Made by a program: the position numbers and the translations under genes
The notes under the pieces: model-generated
Database searches by the model: none
Told to the model about the DNA's origin: nothing
The model's input: only the letters and a program-made list of their open reading frames with translations
Source: the human T2T-CHM13v2.0 reference genome, Homo sapiens
NCBI RefSeq assembly: GCF_009914755.1
Contig: NC_060940.1
Reading direction: 5' to 3' (one strand)
Length of the DNA: 64,000 nt
Shown here: positions 16,228-30,643 of the stretch, piece after piece
Position numbering within the stretch: position 1 is the stretch's first letter
How the letters are laid out: each line of letters starts with the position of its first letter

Positions 16228-17227
16228 TTAGCACAATCCCTGGAACAAAATCAACACTCAACAAATGGAGGTAGGTGTTTCATCACCAGTGAAGAAAAGC
16301 AAGTAGGTATGATCACAAAAGACCCCAGTCTGCCTACCAATGGGACAACCAGTTTTTTCTCTCCCAGAAGGACAGATGCATTGAAAGCAGATCCTCAAAA
16401 AATTGAGAGACCCTCTTCTCCCCAATGCTTTCCCCCAAAACCCCGAAACCTAACCTCACCCAAGGCCACTAGGTGCACTGGCCACAAACTCCCTGCAGGG
16501 CTGGTCTTTATGTTCAAATAATCTGACATCAACTTCTGCTTTGTTTGTTCAACACCTTACTCTGTAAGAATGAGAGGTTCACAATTTCCTCTGAGCCACA
16601 ATTTGTTGCTGCCTCCTGAGACTCAGTTCAACCTGATTTAAATGGCCAAACATCACTTACTACCATTGGGGCTAATTTTTACCTAGCTTTTGTTATGCAC
16701 ATGAAGCTGGGCTAAGAGCTTTATGCAATATTAACCTACTCATTTGATCTGCCATCTCAAGAGACCAATACTCTAGCTCTTTCCATTTTACAGATTAGCA
16801 AACTGAGGTTTGGAGAGGGGTAACTGGCCAAAGTTGAGGCAGCCTTTAAGGAGAAGCCACCCCAGCTGGCTGAAGCTGGCGCTTGTAACTAACTGTATAA
16901 TTCAGGTACCCAGAAAGAATAGAAGTATCCCCAAATGGTTGTCAGGAACACCTCTGAGTTATAAACATTGTTCAGAAGAGAGAAGAAAAAAATTGGAGAG
17001 GGCTCGAAGATAAACCTATCACTGTGAAGTTTTCACATAGTCTAAGATTTTACATATTGTTCCTTCTGAGATGAGGTATGATTGGGTATGATGTGGGTAG
17101 TTCGAGTGTGAAATAGTGTGTGAGGGGCTTGTAGGTGTGTAGGAGAAGAGAGTGAATGAGTGGAAGGGTGTGGGGGAAATATAAAGAAGAAACAATGGGT
17201 AGCATGAGAAGACTTCAAGAGAGTGAC

Positions 17228-17345
17228 TGTTCAGTATGATTGTGGTATGTGGTGATGGAATAGGGAATATGTGTTTGCAGTGGGTTTGTTCACTATGACT
17301 GTGGTATGTGGTGACTGAATAGGGAATTTGTGTTTGCGGTGGGTT
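17228..17345. repeat. 2 x 59-bp tandem repeat in GT-rich sequence
   Basis: 'tgttcagtatgattgtggtatgtggtgatggaatagggaat..' followed by 'tgttcactatgactgtggtatgtggtgactgaatagggaat..'. Confidence 0.9.
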
Positions 17346-17530
17346 GGCGATACACTTGGATGTGTGTTAGTCTGTGAACGGAGCCTTATAAGTGTGATGA
17401 GTGGGTTAGGTAGTGTATGAGGAGGTGTACGAGTGATGCAGGTATGTGGTGAGAATGTGATAACACAGGAGATAAATGTGAAGACGTGGTCACAGGCAGA
17501 GCATAGGAGAGCCCAGGGTTGTAAGGGGCG

Positions 17531-17556
17531 TGTGTGTGTGTGTGTGTGTGTGTGTG
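17531..17556. repeat. (TG)13 microsatellite
   Basis: Direct reading. Confidence 0.95.
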
Positions 17557-18109
17557 CACATGCATGTGTACACTTGTGCAAAGAAGCCAACATCCCAGCC
17601 TCTTTGGCCAACATTGTGACACCACCAACCCCAAAAGCCAGCAACAATTCATCAAGGCTGTCTCCCAAGTTCACAATAAGTTTCATGCCTCAACTGGCTT
17701 CCATTGAAGGATTGATGCTGTCACTTTAAGTAGCTACTGCAGAAGAGAATGGAGCAAGGGAAAGCTGTTATCAGTCCCTGGGTGTGGGAAAACATTTGTG
17801 GCTTAAAAGAAGGCTTTGTTCGACCACCAATTACTCCTGCTTTTGAAAAATGCTTTTGCTTGCATTTGATTAGGACTTAAAAGTGCAGCTTAATATTTTC
17901 TGTCTTGCCCGGAACTATGATTTCTCTCTTGCTTCCAAATGAGTCTCTGTAAATTCAAGCATCATTTCTCTCGACATTCTCTCACCTTTCAGGGGATTTG
18001 GGGCTGGGATTGCAACTGAATAAGCCTGCCCTCTACAGGGTGTTTTTTGTAAATGAGAACCCTCTTACTTGAATCCTTCAGAAAGCTGGAGTTGCTGAGT
18101 ATCAACCAC

Positions 18110-18680
18110 AGGCTAGAAGCCAAATGTGAGCGATCTGTCTAAAACACAGATCGAACTCCATCACTTCCCTGCTTACTTTCCATAATCCCCTGCTGCCCCC
18201 AAAATACAAGCACTGGCACAGCATCAATGCCATTCAAAATTCAACCTCAGTAAGCCTTGGAGGCATTGCTCCTATTTCTAACTCTACTCCATACATCCTT
18301 TGCTCCAGACACACTTTTTGACATGTTGCACCTTCACATAGCTTCAGTGACATACCTCTGCCGTTGCCCTCATCTACAATACCGCGTCTCAATCCCTTCT
18401 TCAGGAATTCCTTCCCCAAAACTCCCTATCACCTGAGCTGTATAAGCCTCCTCACCAACCAGAACAAACGCAATTCCTCCCTCATCTATATATCCAGAGC
18501 ACTGTGGTCATTTCGCATTTGTTGTTTCCTAAATCATGTTCATCTGCAATTTATTCAAGTATGTCTCTTTCATTATATCATCATCTTCTTAAGTGCATAA
18601 ACTGTGTTTTATTCATTCATTTTTGCGTCTAGAAAACCTAGCACAGGGCCTGGTACACAGGAGATATTCAAAATGCTGGT
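18110..18680 (+). mobile_element. L2 3' fragment
   Basis: Ends 'cctagcacagggcctggtacacaggagatattcaaaa', the L2 3' end signature. Confidence 0.65.
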
Positions 18681-18684
18681 TTTA

Positions 18685-19638
18685 TAGAGTAAATAGACAC
18701 CATATATGATGGGAGAAAATACTTGCAAACTATGCATTTAACAAAGGTCTAATATCCAGAATCCATAAGGAACTTAAACAGATCTGCAAGCAAAAAGAAA
18801 ATCTAATTAAAAAGTGGGCAAAGGAAATGAACAGACACATCTCAAAAGAAGACACACACGTGGCCAAAAGCATATGAAAAAATACTAAACATCACTAATC
18901 ATTAGAGAAATGCAAATCAAAACCACAATGAGATACCATCTCACACTAGTCAGAATGACTATTATTTAAAAGTCAAAAAAAAGAAAATAACAGATGCAAG
19001 TAAGGTTGCAGAGAAAAGGAACACTTATATACTGCTGGTGGAAGTGTAAATTAGTTCAGCCATCGTGGAAAGCAGTTTGGCAATATCTCGAAGAAGTCAG
19101 AGCAGAATCACCATTCCACCCAGCAATCCTATTACTAGATATATACTCAAAGGAATATAAATCATCCTACATAAAGACATATGCATGCATATGTTCACTG
19201 CAGCACTGTTCATAATAGCAAAGACATAGAATCCATCTAAATGCCCATCAGTGGTAGGCTGGATCAAGAAAATGGAATAGCACACAGCCATCAAAGAGAA
19301 TGAGATCATGTCTTCTGCAGCAACTTGGGTGGAGCTGGAGGCCATTATCTTAAGCATACTAAAATGGGAAGAAAAAAGAAAATACTATGTGTTCTCCCTT
19401 ATAACTGGGACCTAAATATTGAGTACACATGAACACAAAGAAGGGAACAACACACACTGGGGCCTACTTGAGGGTGGAGGTCTGGAGGAGGGTGAGGATC
19501 GAAAAACTACCTATTAGGTACTATGCTTATTACCTGGGTGATGAAACAATCTGTACACTAAACCCCACCATGACACATAATTTAGCTATGTAGCAAACCT
19601 GCACATGTACCTCTGAAACTAAAATAAAATTATGAAAA
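18685..19638 (+). mobile_element. L1PA (about L1PA15/16) 3' end, 5'-truncated
   Basis: L1 ORF2 end and 3'UTR; 15-bp TSD aaaatgctggtttta at 18670-18684 and 19639-19653. Confidence 0.93.
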
Positions 19639-20329
19639 AAAATGCTGGTTTTAGATGCGAAACACTGTTACTCTCACTGGTACATTGAATTCTAGGTTAA
19701 TAATCATGAATCAAAGAGTCAGGCCATGGTCCTACAATATTTGGTATAAAAGGATGATTGAAAGAGAAGGGGCGATGTGATAGAGGATAACAGAAATTCT
19801 GGGGATGGGGAGTCACTTCCCAGGTCCTCAGCACAGGTGGCAAAGAGTTTCCCCAAACTGTCCAATCAGCAACACAAGCTGACCCAACACAGCAAAGCGA
19901 GTCACCTTTGAAGAGAAAGAATGACGCTTATTTTCTCCTCCAAAGACCTACTTGGAAAGTAGACGTGGTTTACTGCAAATCTCTCCCTGCCTGCCCCAGG
20001 ATGTTGTCAAGATGTATTAAACAGCAAAGGAGGTAAGTTTTAGTGACCTACACAGCTGCCATTCCGTATGTTCCCTCTTTCTGCTAGGTGCATCCCTCTG
20101 TGGCTATAACACGTTCCTTGAAATGGGCTCCTTCTGGACCGTGGCCAAAATCTAAGCAATGTGATTTAAGATCATTTCAATGACATCTAAGGATAAATAC
20201 TTTGATATTTACCAGGTTTCTTTAGAAAAGTGTTGTTTTTTGTTTTCTGCTGGTACAGCTTGGTGTCTATTGCCTTCCAGGGGAGGAAAATAAGTTCTGG
20301 GAGATCTGCTGGTATAGAAAAGTGGGACA

Positions 20330-20722
20330 GTGTGCTGGGCCCTCGTCTTCCACCCCGGGAGGCTGACAGTATGGACCACATCCGTGGGATCTCTGGATTC
20401 TGGTTGAGTCTGCCAGAGAGAGTCAGGCTCCCTCCCTGATTCTCCCTGTGGAAAATCACATCGGACTGGCTCTGGCCCTTGACCAAAAGTCATTGTGTTT
20501 CTCAAAACAGCCTGCTTTATACAGCTTTCTCCAGGGTTCCAGTAACTGCATCCTTCCCCTGCCCTCCCGGTTCAGGGTGGTAAGGGCTCTGCTATTTCTC
20601 CTGAGTTGCAGTGTCATCTCCTATAGTTCCCTGCACCTCATTCTCTCTTGTGTAAAATGTCACTAATTAAATATCCTTCGATGCCCCTAACTTGAATGTG
20701 TCTTAAGACCCAAACTGATACA
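20330..20722 (+). mobile_element. LTR33-like ERVL LTR
   Basis: 'cccggttcagggtggtaagggc..attaaatatccttc..gacccaaactgataca' resembles the LTR33 3' half. Confidence 0.6.
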
Positions 20723-21678
20723 GACAAGGTGATTGCAAATGTCAGGTGAAGCTTTGACTCCTGGTTCCAGCACTGTCAAAAGCCTTGGGAAAGAACATTT
20801 CATGTCTCTGTATCTCAGTGGTCTCAACTGTAAAATGGGAAGAAAACAACACAACTATGACGGCCTACCTGAGCATCAGATGTGTCCATGTAAGGAAAGT
20901 ACCCAGAGACGTCCTGGTTATACAGTAGGAGCACAAGGAATACAAGTCCTCCCCCTTTCATGCCATTTTTCCCCTCTCCAACACTTCCTCCTGTCTTGTA
21001 ACAATGGGAGGCTTTGGACGATTTAAAGGCTCTTCTCCGTTGCATGAGTCAGAAACAAGTAACAAAACCAAGTGATAAATTTACGTGGACCACAGACAGA
21101 CGCCTTTTTGTGCTTGTCAATAAAATGTTTAAAATAGAACTTGATTTGCTTTCGCTTTAAAGAAGGTTATTAACTTGCTTAGATTTACCCGAGGAACAGA
21201 GGCAGGTGTTGTTCCCCATTACTCACTAGGTCTTTAATCAGCATCCAGGGCTCAGCAAGCCGTCGTGGTGGGGACTGCAATGGCTCAGGGGGCTGTGTAG
21301 GTGACTGGAGGGGGTGACAATGACTCCTTGGTGAAGACGTTGATAAATGGGAGAATTCAGCTCCAGCCCCAGCTCTTCCTCAGCTGGTTTGCCTGTTTAA
21401 TTGTGACCAGCTTCTAATCTCCTTCGCATTCCAATATCCCAGGTCTCAGCCTGCAAACAAGTAAAGAATCTAGGAAGATAGACTATGGCAATGCAGTAAG
21501 GGGCATTCAGAGCTATCCTTTGCACTTAAAACCAGCAAAAATGCATGCTGTTATGCCAAGCCTGGAGTACCACCACTAACGATTCATTTCCCTGATTGCA
21601 TTTCCCAGAAAAATTTTTTAAATGAAAATACCAAGATCGTCTTCCTTTGAAGTTCAAATAAAAATAAAAGAGAGAGAG

Positions 21679-22025
<347 letters not shown>

Positions 22026-22368
22026 TCAGACTCCTTCAGGGCAAGAAGAGAGGTAAACTCAACAGACCGAGGGTGCCTTTGCAAAGGTCAATTCGTAAGA
22101 CCAGGAGGCACACAACAGCCTTCACCCAACTCCAGCGTCTTCACACCCTGGGCCAGTTGTGCACTTAACTCTTCAGAGATGTTTTCATGGAGGTGTTCTC
22201 TGCCCTTTAGGGAGTTTCGCTTTGGAGACGTATTTTGATTAAGTAATAGAATAATTACCATTTTGTTTATTCATTTATTCTACCAAGTGACCCTCTACCT
22301 ACTTTGTGGACAACCACCCTGGTATCTGTGGAGTTCATGGTGGGAAGGCTAACAGAACAGTGACATTT

Positions 22369-22653
22369 CTTTTTTTTTTTTTTTAGACAGAGTCTCGCTT
22401 TGTCGCCTGGGCTGGAGTGCAATGGCGCAATCTCAGCTCACTGCACCTCCGCCTCCCAGGTTCACCTTCCTCTGCCCCCGCAGTAGCTGGGACTATAGGC
22501 GTGCACCATCATGCCCGGCTAATTTTTGTATTTTTAGTAGAGATGGGGTTTCAGCATGTTGGCCAGGTTGGTCTTGAAATCCTTACCTCGTGATCCACCC
22601 GCCTCGGCCTCCCAAAGTGCTGGGATTACAGGCGTGAGCCACCGTGCCTGGCC
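22369..22653 (-). mobile_element. AluS with small internal deletion
   Basis: Antisense Alu; TSD agtgacatttct on both sides. Confidence 0.92.
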
Positions 22654-24037
22654 AATAGTGACATTTCTTTTAAAATTGTCTCATCAAGGGAAAGTGTAAT
22701 GAAACATCTCAAGCCACATCGCAAAGGTAAATTTTCTCAAGAGTCTAGATGACTCATTTCCCAGCATCTCATACCCTAGTATCTTTCCCAATTCCTTCCC
22801 CATTTTTCCTTTTTTCCAGTACCTAAATATTCCACAGCCAGGATCATTATAGAGAAAAAGCCTGAACATATTACTAGGAGTCTCATTTCAAGACCCTTAT
22901 ATGATAAACCTGTGACTGAGCAACTTATTTAGCCTCTTTAGATATCAGTTTCCTCATCTGAAAAATCAAGACAATATTACCTACTTTGTAGACTTGTAGG
23001 TATTCATGAGATATACACAGAACGTTTCTCGTGCTGCCCAGAACAGAGCAAGCATGCAAAAAAGAAAATGCAAATTGTCTTTCCATTTCTAAATTGTCAT
23101 TGTCATCATCAGCAGCAGCATTATGCTTGTTTCCATTTTTGTGGCTTCTTCACAATTTGTGACATATAGGAGCAATGCATTAATGTGAAAAAATACATGT
23201 TTCAGACACCTCACCAATAGGCAACAGAGACCAAATTGCAAAAATCCTAAGAGTACTATTTAATTCCTTTGCAATCACACCCACCAAGAAGCTAAGAAAT
23301 GCTACTAGAGAAAATGAACTCAGCATCTCATGACAATGAGGACAGTGACAATTTAGAAATGGCAAATAAATAAATAAATCACATGTGTTCCATGCTTGCT
23401 GTGTCCCAGGCAGCACAAGAAATGCTTTGTGTATATTTCATGAATACTCACAAGTCTAGAAAGTGGGTAATATTGTTTTCATTGCATAGGTGAGAAAACT
23501 GATATTTAAAGAGGTTAAACAGGCAAATCAATGACCACCAAAACACTAAAGAGGAACAAGAGAAAGAAAATAAACCAAGGCAAGTTTGAGCATGCACCTC
23601 AGGTCCTCAGCCCCTTTAGGGAGTGAGTTCATAGCTCAGACCTCTAGCTGGCTCCCTTAAGAGAGGAGGAGTTACTAGTCTGATTGTTCTGGGCCCTATA
23701 AATCCACTGAGCCACGTTCACTACTGGATGTGGTTACTGTTTCTTAATGGTTTGCTTTCTCGAGTGGAACTTACTCTGCTTTCCACCCCCGTATTGTCAG
23801 CACATCTAGACAGGAAATAGCAACCAGGGGACCTCAATAAACCCTCCTCCAGCCTGAATCCACATTCCCCATCTAGTGTTTTACCGCCATGCACTGGGGA
23901 GTACTGGGTGCTTACCCGGCTATTTAAAAGCAGTACTTTCTTTCCCATTTAGCTGTTGCTTTTTGCACATACTGTACTTTTCCTCACTCAGGACTCTTTG
24001 GGATGGAAAGACTGAGTGTCAAGGCAGAATTGGAGCA

Positions 24038-24270
24038 TGTCTTTGTTTGGGTTCTCCCAGAAGCAGACCCTTGAGACAATAATCTGAGCACAGGTTGTTT
24101 TTCAGAAAGTTCATGGAACAATGGAAGGAAAGAGAGGAAATCATACTGGGGGGAAGGCAGACAGTAAAAGGTAAATTAACAAGCCAATTTCCACAGCAGA
24201 TAACTAAAGCTTAATTCCACAGGAAAACTTCAGGGAAAGGTGTGAACACATGCCTCAAAGTCATTTGAGC
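24038..24270 (-). mobile_element. ERVL LTR (LTR16-related) fragment
   Basis: 'tgtctttgtttgggttctcccagaagcagacccttgagacaa'. Confidence 0.55.
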
Positions 24271-24489
24271 ACACTGAAATGAGATGCTTCTTAGAAATCG
24301 GAGCATCTGTGGAGGTGGACCCCAAGAATATCTCATTTGCCTTCAAGTGTTCCCCTCTGGAAGCCTTCCCAGCCCTGCACACACAAAGCACACCTTAAGG
24401 GACCGTGGGCTCAGAGCAGGGTAACTCATCAAGTTGGCATAGCAGAGTGGTTAAAGCATGAACTCTAGTATGAGACGCTGTCCAGGTTG

Positions 24490-24710
24490 AAAGACTCTAT
24501 CTCCACCAAAAACAATTTTATAAAAAAAAAAATAGCTAGGCATGGTGGTGTGTCCCTGTAGTCCCAGTTACTCGGGAGGGTGAAGCAGGATTGCTTGAGC
24601 CTGGGAAGTGGACAGTGCAGTGAGCTGTGATTGCTCCACTGCTCTCCAACTGTCCTCCAACAGGGAGGACAAAGCAAAACCCTGTCTCAAAAAGAAAAGA
24701 AAAGAAAAAC
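24490..24710 (+). mobile_element. AluJ right-arm fragment inside a MIR
   Basis: 'tagctaggcatggtggtgtgtccctgtagtccc..ggattgcttgagcctgggaag'. Confidence 0.8.
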
Positions 24711-26074
24711 TCAGCTTTGCTACTTACTAGCTAAATTACTAACATGAGTAGTAAATTACTTAACATCTTTGTTCTTCTGTCTCTTCATTTCACAAAGGCA
24801 GTGACAATATCTACTTGCAAGAGTGGGTATGAGTGTTGAGTGAGTTAATATCTGTAATGTGTCTAACACCTAGTCAATATTATATAAGTATTACATAAAA
24901 TAAATGCATATGGAAAGAAGCCCAGTTAGTTTGAGAACCACCATGAGCCACTACCTGGTATAATCTTTGTGACAATCCTTTGAGCTATGGATGACTGTCA
25001 TGATTTTACCTACATGGAGACTGACTCTCAGAAGCCACATACTTATTACTGGCTTATTTGATCAATTGCAATCCTACCATACCAAATACAGCACTTAAGA
25101 AAACAATCAGTGTTATGAGACCAAACAAATATTACTTTCCTAATCCTTCCTGCCCCCCATTGTAACTTAAGCAAAAATTACCCAGCCAACCAGAACGATT
25201 GCATAAATATGTTTCCCTGGATGATGAATTGGTTTGATAATAGCTTCTAAAGAGTCACTCTGAAGCCCACTGAAGAATCAGGTCTTTCTCAAGGAACTGG
25301 CCCAGGGCAAATTCACTCGTGTGTATCTCAGCACAATGTAAAGAAATTGAAAAAGCTTCGAGAAAAAGGAGTATCGTAGAAGAATGGCAGCATGAGTGCC
25401 TGGGTAATGCTTTCAAAGACACAGGCTGGTGGTTTTAATTCTCATCACATCTGGTAAGCTTCAGTCTTCCCTGGACCCTGGGCCACTGCATACGAACACA
25501 TTTTCTTCCCATCTGGTCCCTGGTGTTCTGGCATCCTTTCTGACCATCCTTCCTTTCTCTGATATAGCTCTGATCATTTGCAGAGCAGCACTCTCTGCCC
25601 TCTGGGTGTATTGCCTTCATCAGAATTGAACTTGCCTTTTTAGACTTCCTGCTGATGGAGGAACCAGCCTTGGTGGCCACTGTGTTTACCCTGAGCTCTT
25701 AGGTATGCATGGCTTTTCACTCCCAGAGCCAAAGCACCGAGGCATCCCTGATGAGAGCCCAACTTAATTAAGACCAAATCTCTATCCACATTCCCTCGTG
25801 TTGGTGCTCAGGTACCTGGAGGTCCCGCACCTCCTCCAGAAATTGTCATGGAAGATAAATCACTTTGTATTTTTCTTACTCTGCAGGACATTGATTTTGG
25901 ATCAGAGAGATTCTGTGGAGTAACAAACAGAGACCAGGATACAGAGTCGGATAAACCAAGATGTAAATCTCATAATTTACTAATTCTTATTTTGGTTGAC
26001 TTCCTTAAATTCTCTGAGCTTCCCATTTTTAATCTATAAAGTGGGAAGAAAAACCTGGACTCATAAGGTCCTGT

Positions 26075-26465
<391 letters not shown>

Positions 26466-26546
26466 CTAATATACATACCTGCCACACTCCAGGCATGAGG
26501 GTAGACTGAGATTACAGTGGTGAACACAGTTCCTGTCGTCAAATAC

Positions 26547-26760
<214 letters not shown>

Positions 26761-28934
26761 TAAGAGTAATACTTGACAACTGTCCACAAATTGCCATGTA
26801 TCCCTAGGGTAAGAAACTAATTTTAAATTAATTTTATATTATGGTCCCACCCAAATGTCCCAGTTTCTCAGCTGATCATGGCTGGTTTTGAAGGGCCTCC
26901 TCCTCGGGCACCACATTTCTCAAGACACATTTCTATCGCAAAGAGGGGCGAATTTAAGCCAGCTATTTTCTTACCCCCTAACTCAGATATCATTAGGTCA
27001 GATCTAGTTAGAAATTGATGCAGTAGCCCTTGGTATTCACATTTGGGTGTGTTTTCCCCCCTTAATTTTTCCCTCAACTTTGGGAGCAGGGTTTCTGGCC
27101 ACCATATTTATACTCAGCATCCTATCCCTCACCGCCTCAGGCAACTGGACATCAGACTAGCAAGGAACATCACAACCAATTTGAGAAGTTAGGCTTTCTC
27201 TCTGAAATTTGAAACTGGGACTTGAACCAAGATGGGAAAACTCTGGAGGTCATCCTATGTCCATAGAATGAGCAAAGAAGAGAAAAACGCAAAAAAAAAA
27301 AAAAAAAAAAAGATTTTCTCCCCTGTAAAGGGAGAAAAAATTAATCAGATATTCAGAGAGAGTCATAAACGGAAGATGATGGGAAAAAAACGTCAGTTGT
27401 TCTATTGATCTGTTACAAGGATCTTTCCTTCAGGAGATAGGACAAAAGAACTTAAAGGTATTTTTTAAGTGAATATTTTCTAAACATTTACTATGTGTCA
27501 AACAGTATTCTAAATGTGTTCTATGCATTTTCTTGCTGAATCTTTGCAACAACTCATTCTTTTCATGCCCATTTTAAATATGAGGAAGCTGAGTCGTGCT
27601 GTCTCTCCAAATCCCAGTTCCTGACTCAATGAGAGGTTACAATTCGGGACTCCCATGAGATATGCTGACAGTAACCTTCAGTAACCCTTTGCCTCTCACT
27701 TTGTATTTTCTTATTGCAATTCCACTAAGGTTGTCCCAACAACTAAGATGTCTCCTCAAAGGCCCTGGACCCTAAAAAATAATTCATGCTTTCAACTAGG
27801 AGTCCCTGTTTCAGTCACATCACTGCGGTGGTCTCCCTTGCGCCCGTTCATTGGACTAACACTCTGTCCAACATTTTCTGTTGGCATGGTCCTGAACTAA
27901 ACTCAAGGGACTGAAGAGATGAATAACATCCCTCGTCAGACCAGAAGTCACCTCTATGAAGGATGTGGGGTGGGAGAAGAGTTAAGTGTCTCACATCAAG
28001 AGTCAGCATGCAGAGTCTAAAACAGTTCTAATCTCTGGAGCTGAGTCAGTTTCCCGCACTTTCGAACTCCATAATTTCGTAGCTTTGGCAAGGTTACTTT
28101 TTCTCACCAAGCCTCAGCTTCCTCATCTTTAAAATGGGCATGAAAAGAATGGGTTGTTGCAAAGATTCAGTGAGAGAATGCATAGAACACATTTAGAACA
28201 CTGTTTGACACATAGTAAATGTTTAGAAAGTATTCACTTAAAAAAAAAAATACCTGGATGGGGAAAAGATCCAGAAGCCCACTCCTGAGGCTGAGAAGTG
28301 TCAAGAGACTCCATCGGGGGCCCGTGGAAGTCAGAGGAGGGAGGAAAGAGAGTACAAGTTGCCAAATATGTCCCCAGCTGAGTTTCCTGCTGCACAGAAC
28401 AAACAGACCAACTTGCTGGAGTTTGTTAACATGGCAATTGGAGGGGGAGACTTAGAGGCATGAAATTTCCTCACTCAGTACCATGTTAGTGATAATTTAG
28501 GACTGTGCAGTTTGTAAACGAATTGAAGTTGCCTCCTCTGAAAACTTTTGGAATCATAGCAAATACTCTGGTTTTGCTTGCCCTCGACATTTATGGAAGC
28601 CACATTATTTCCCAGGAGGTAGAGGCAGAACAAAAGCTTCTGACAGCCGGTATTGCTTCTTTGCCCACAGGCTGCAGCCCCTGTCTCAGTTACAACACAC
28701 CAGCCTGGGTGGTGTCCCAGGTTTCCTAACTCCCATACTCAATGGCCAAATTATTAGACGATGCTAATGATACTATTATGTAGTAACATTATTTATCATC
28801 CACATTTGTTGAGGACTTACTATGTGTAAGATACGATGTTAAGCTCTTCAACTTCTGGTTCTCAACTCTCCTATAAGAATGACATTATTATTACCTCTAT
28901 CATGTGGATGAGGATTTTGAGACTTAGCCTGGGT

Positions 28935-29705
28935 TCTAGTTACTCTTGCTGCGTTACAAGCAACCCTAAAACAAATTGTGTGAAACAACCATTTTTCAAT
29001 CCTCATAGATTTGATAGGTTAGAAATTCAAACAGGGCACAGCAGGCATGGTGTGTCTCTGTTCCATCACACTGAGGGATTCAGCTGGGAAGATGTGACTG
29101 GCTGAGGTGACTCCAGTGGCTGATATCTGGAAATAATTGGAGGATCTTCACTCACATCTGACACTTGGCTGGGGAGACTTGAAGGCCCAGATCAGCTGGA
29201 GCTGTCAAATGGAATAATGACAGGTGGTCTCTCCAAGTATCTGAGCCTCCTCACAGCGTGGAGACCTTCGAGTAGGCCAGCAGCAGACACTTTGCCTGTT
29301 ACAACTTCATCTTCATTGTTCACTCTGTATTGAGCTACACTATGAGCTCTTCCCAGAGGAAAGCACTGGGGCCACAAGGGTGAACAGAACACAACCCACT
29401 GCCTGCCCTCATGGAGCTTAAAGTCTCCTAGGAGAGACAGACACTAAATAATCACACAAGTAAATGTCAAAATGCAACTGTCACAGGTGTCAGGCAGAAG
29501 GATGCAGAGTATGATGAGAACTTACGATAAGAGATATGCTTCAATCAAAAAGATCAAGGAAGTCTTCACACAAGGAAACATCTCCTAAACCAACATCTAC
29601 TTTAACCATTGGAAGTCTACCTAGATGCAAGGGAAAGGAACCTTGAGCACACACCTCAATGACATAGCATCAGAGAATTTGAAATCCTCATTCTAACCCT
29701 CCACA
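28935..29705 (-). mobile_element. MLT1G/H-like LTR, inserted in a MIR and interrupted by a 277-bp duplicated segment
   Basis: MLT1 phrases at 28935-29270; they resume at about 29600 'cctagatgcaagggaaagg..gagaatttg..ccctccaca'; MIR halves at about 28810-28930 and 29708-29805. Confidence 0.7.
29317..29593. repeat. Local duplication copy 1 (derived) of an L2 fragment
   Basis: About 89% identical by eye to 32083-32360, same orientation. Confidence 0.95.
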
Positions 29706-30285
29706 GACAGTTTAAGTTCTTGCCTACATTCACATACCTAAACAAAACCAGAGCCAAGATTCCAATGCAGGCTTTGCAATTCCAGAGCTCATCCTCTTAA
29801 CCACTCCTGCACCTACCATGGTGGTAGGTTATTCAGACATAGGGCCTCAACTTTCATTAGATATAAAAAAGAAACAGCTTCTTCTGGGTCATCATAACAG
29901 CCCCGTATTATCAGCACCAGTCAGAGGAACAGAAAGAAATATAAAAACTGGGACCTGATGTTGAATCCCACATTCTCCCTGTGTGACCTTGAATGTGTGA
30001 CCTTGAGCATGTCTCTTCAACCCACCTCTGAGTGTCCTCACATGTGTGCAAGGAGATAATTCATAGGAAGCACTTTTATTACCTGTGTTTCTATTTCTTA
30101 TTTACACATGAAGATGCCGAAGGAAAACTGCATGGGTTCTTTTTGTATAGGTTGCCCCAAAATTTCCACAAGGGTATGTTTTACTTCAAAGCTTCCTGCA
30201 AAGCAAGAAGGGCCAAATGGTTGATGACCCTCTTGAATGAGGCAGATGAACAAAACAGATTCTTGACTACAAGAAGCTAACATAA

Positions 30286-30643
<358 letters not shown>

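Noticed and set aside
17231-17686. Longest ORF in the track (151 aa, - strand)
   Set aside because: It runs through GT-rich low-complexity sequence and the (TG)n repeat (HTHT run), with no recognisable domain.
18685-19638. L1 ORF2-like peptides
   Set aside because: 5'-truncated, frameshifted L1 relic; not a functional CDS.
25748-25790. CTGATGAG hammerhead-ribozyme-like core (also near 13449)
   Set aside because: No stem II followed by GAAA and no pairing arms.
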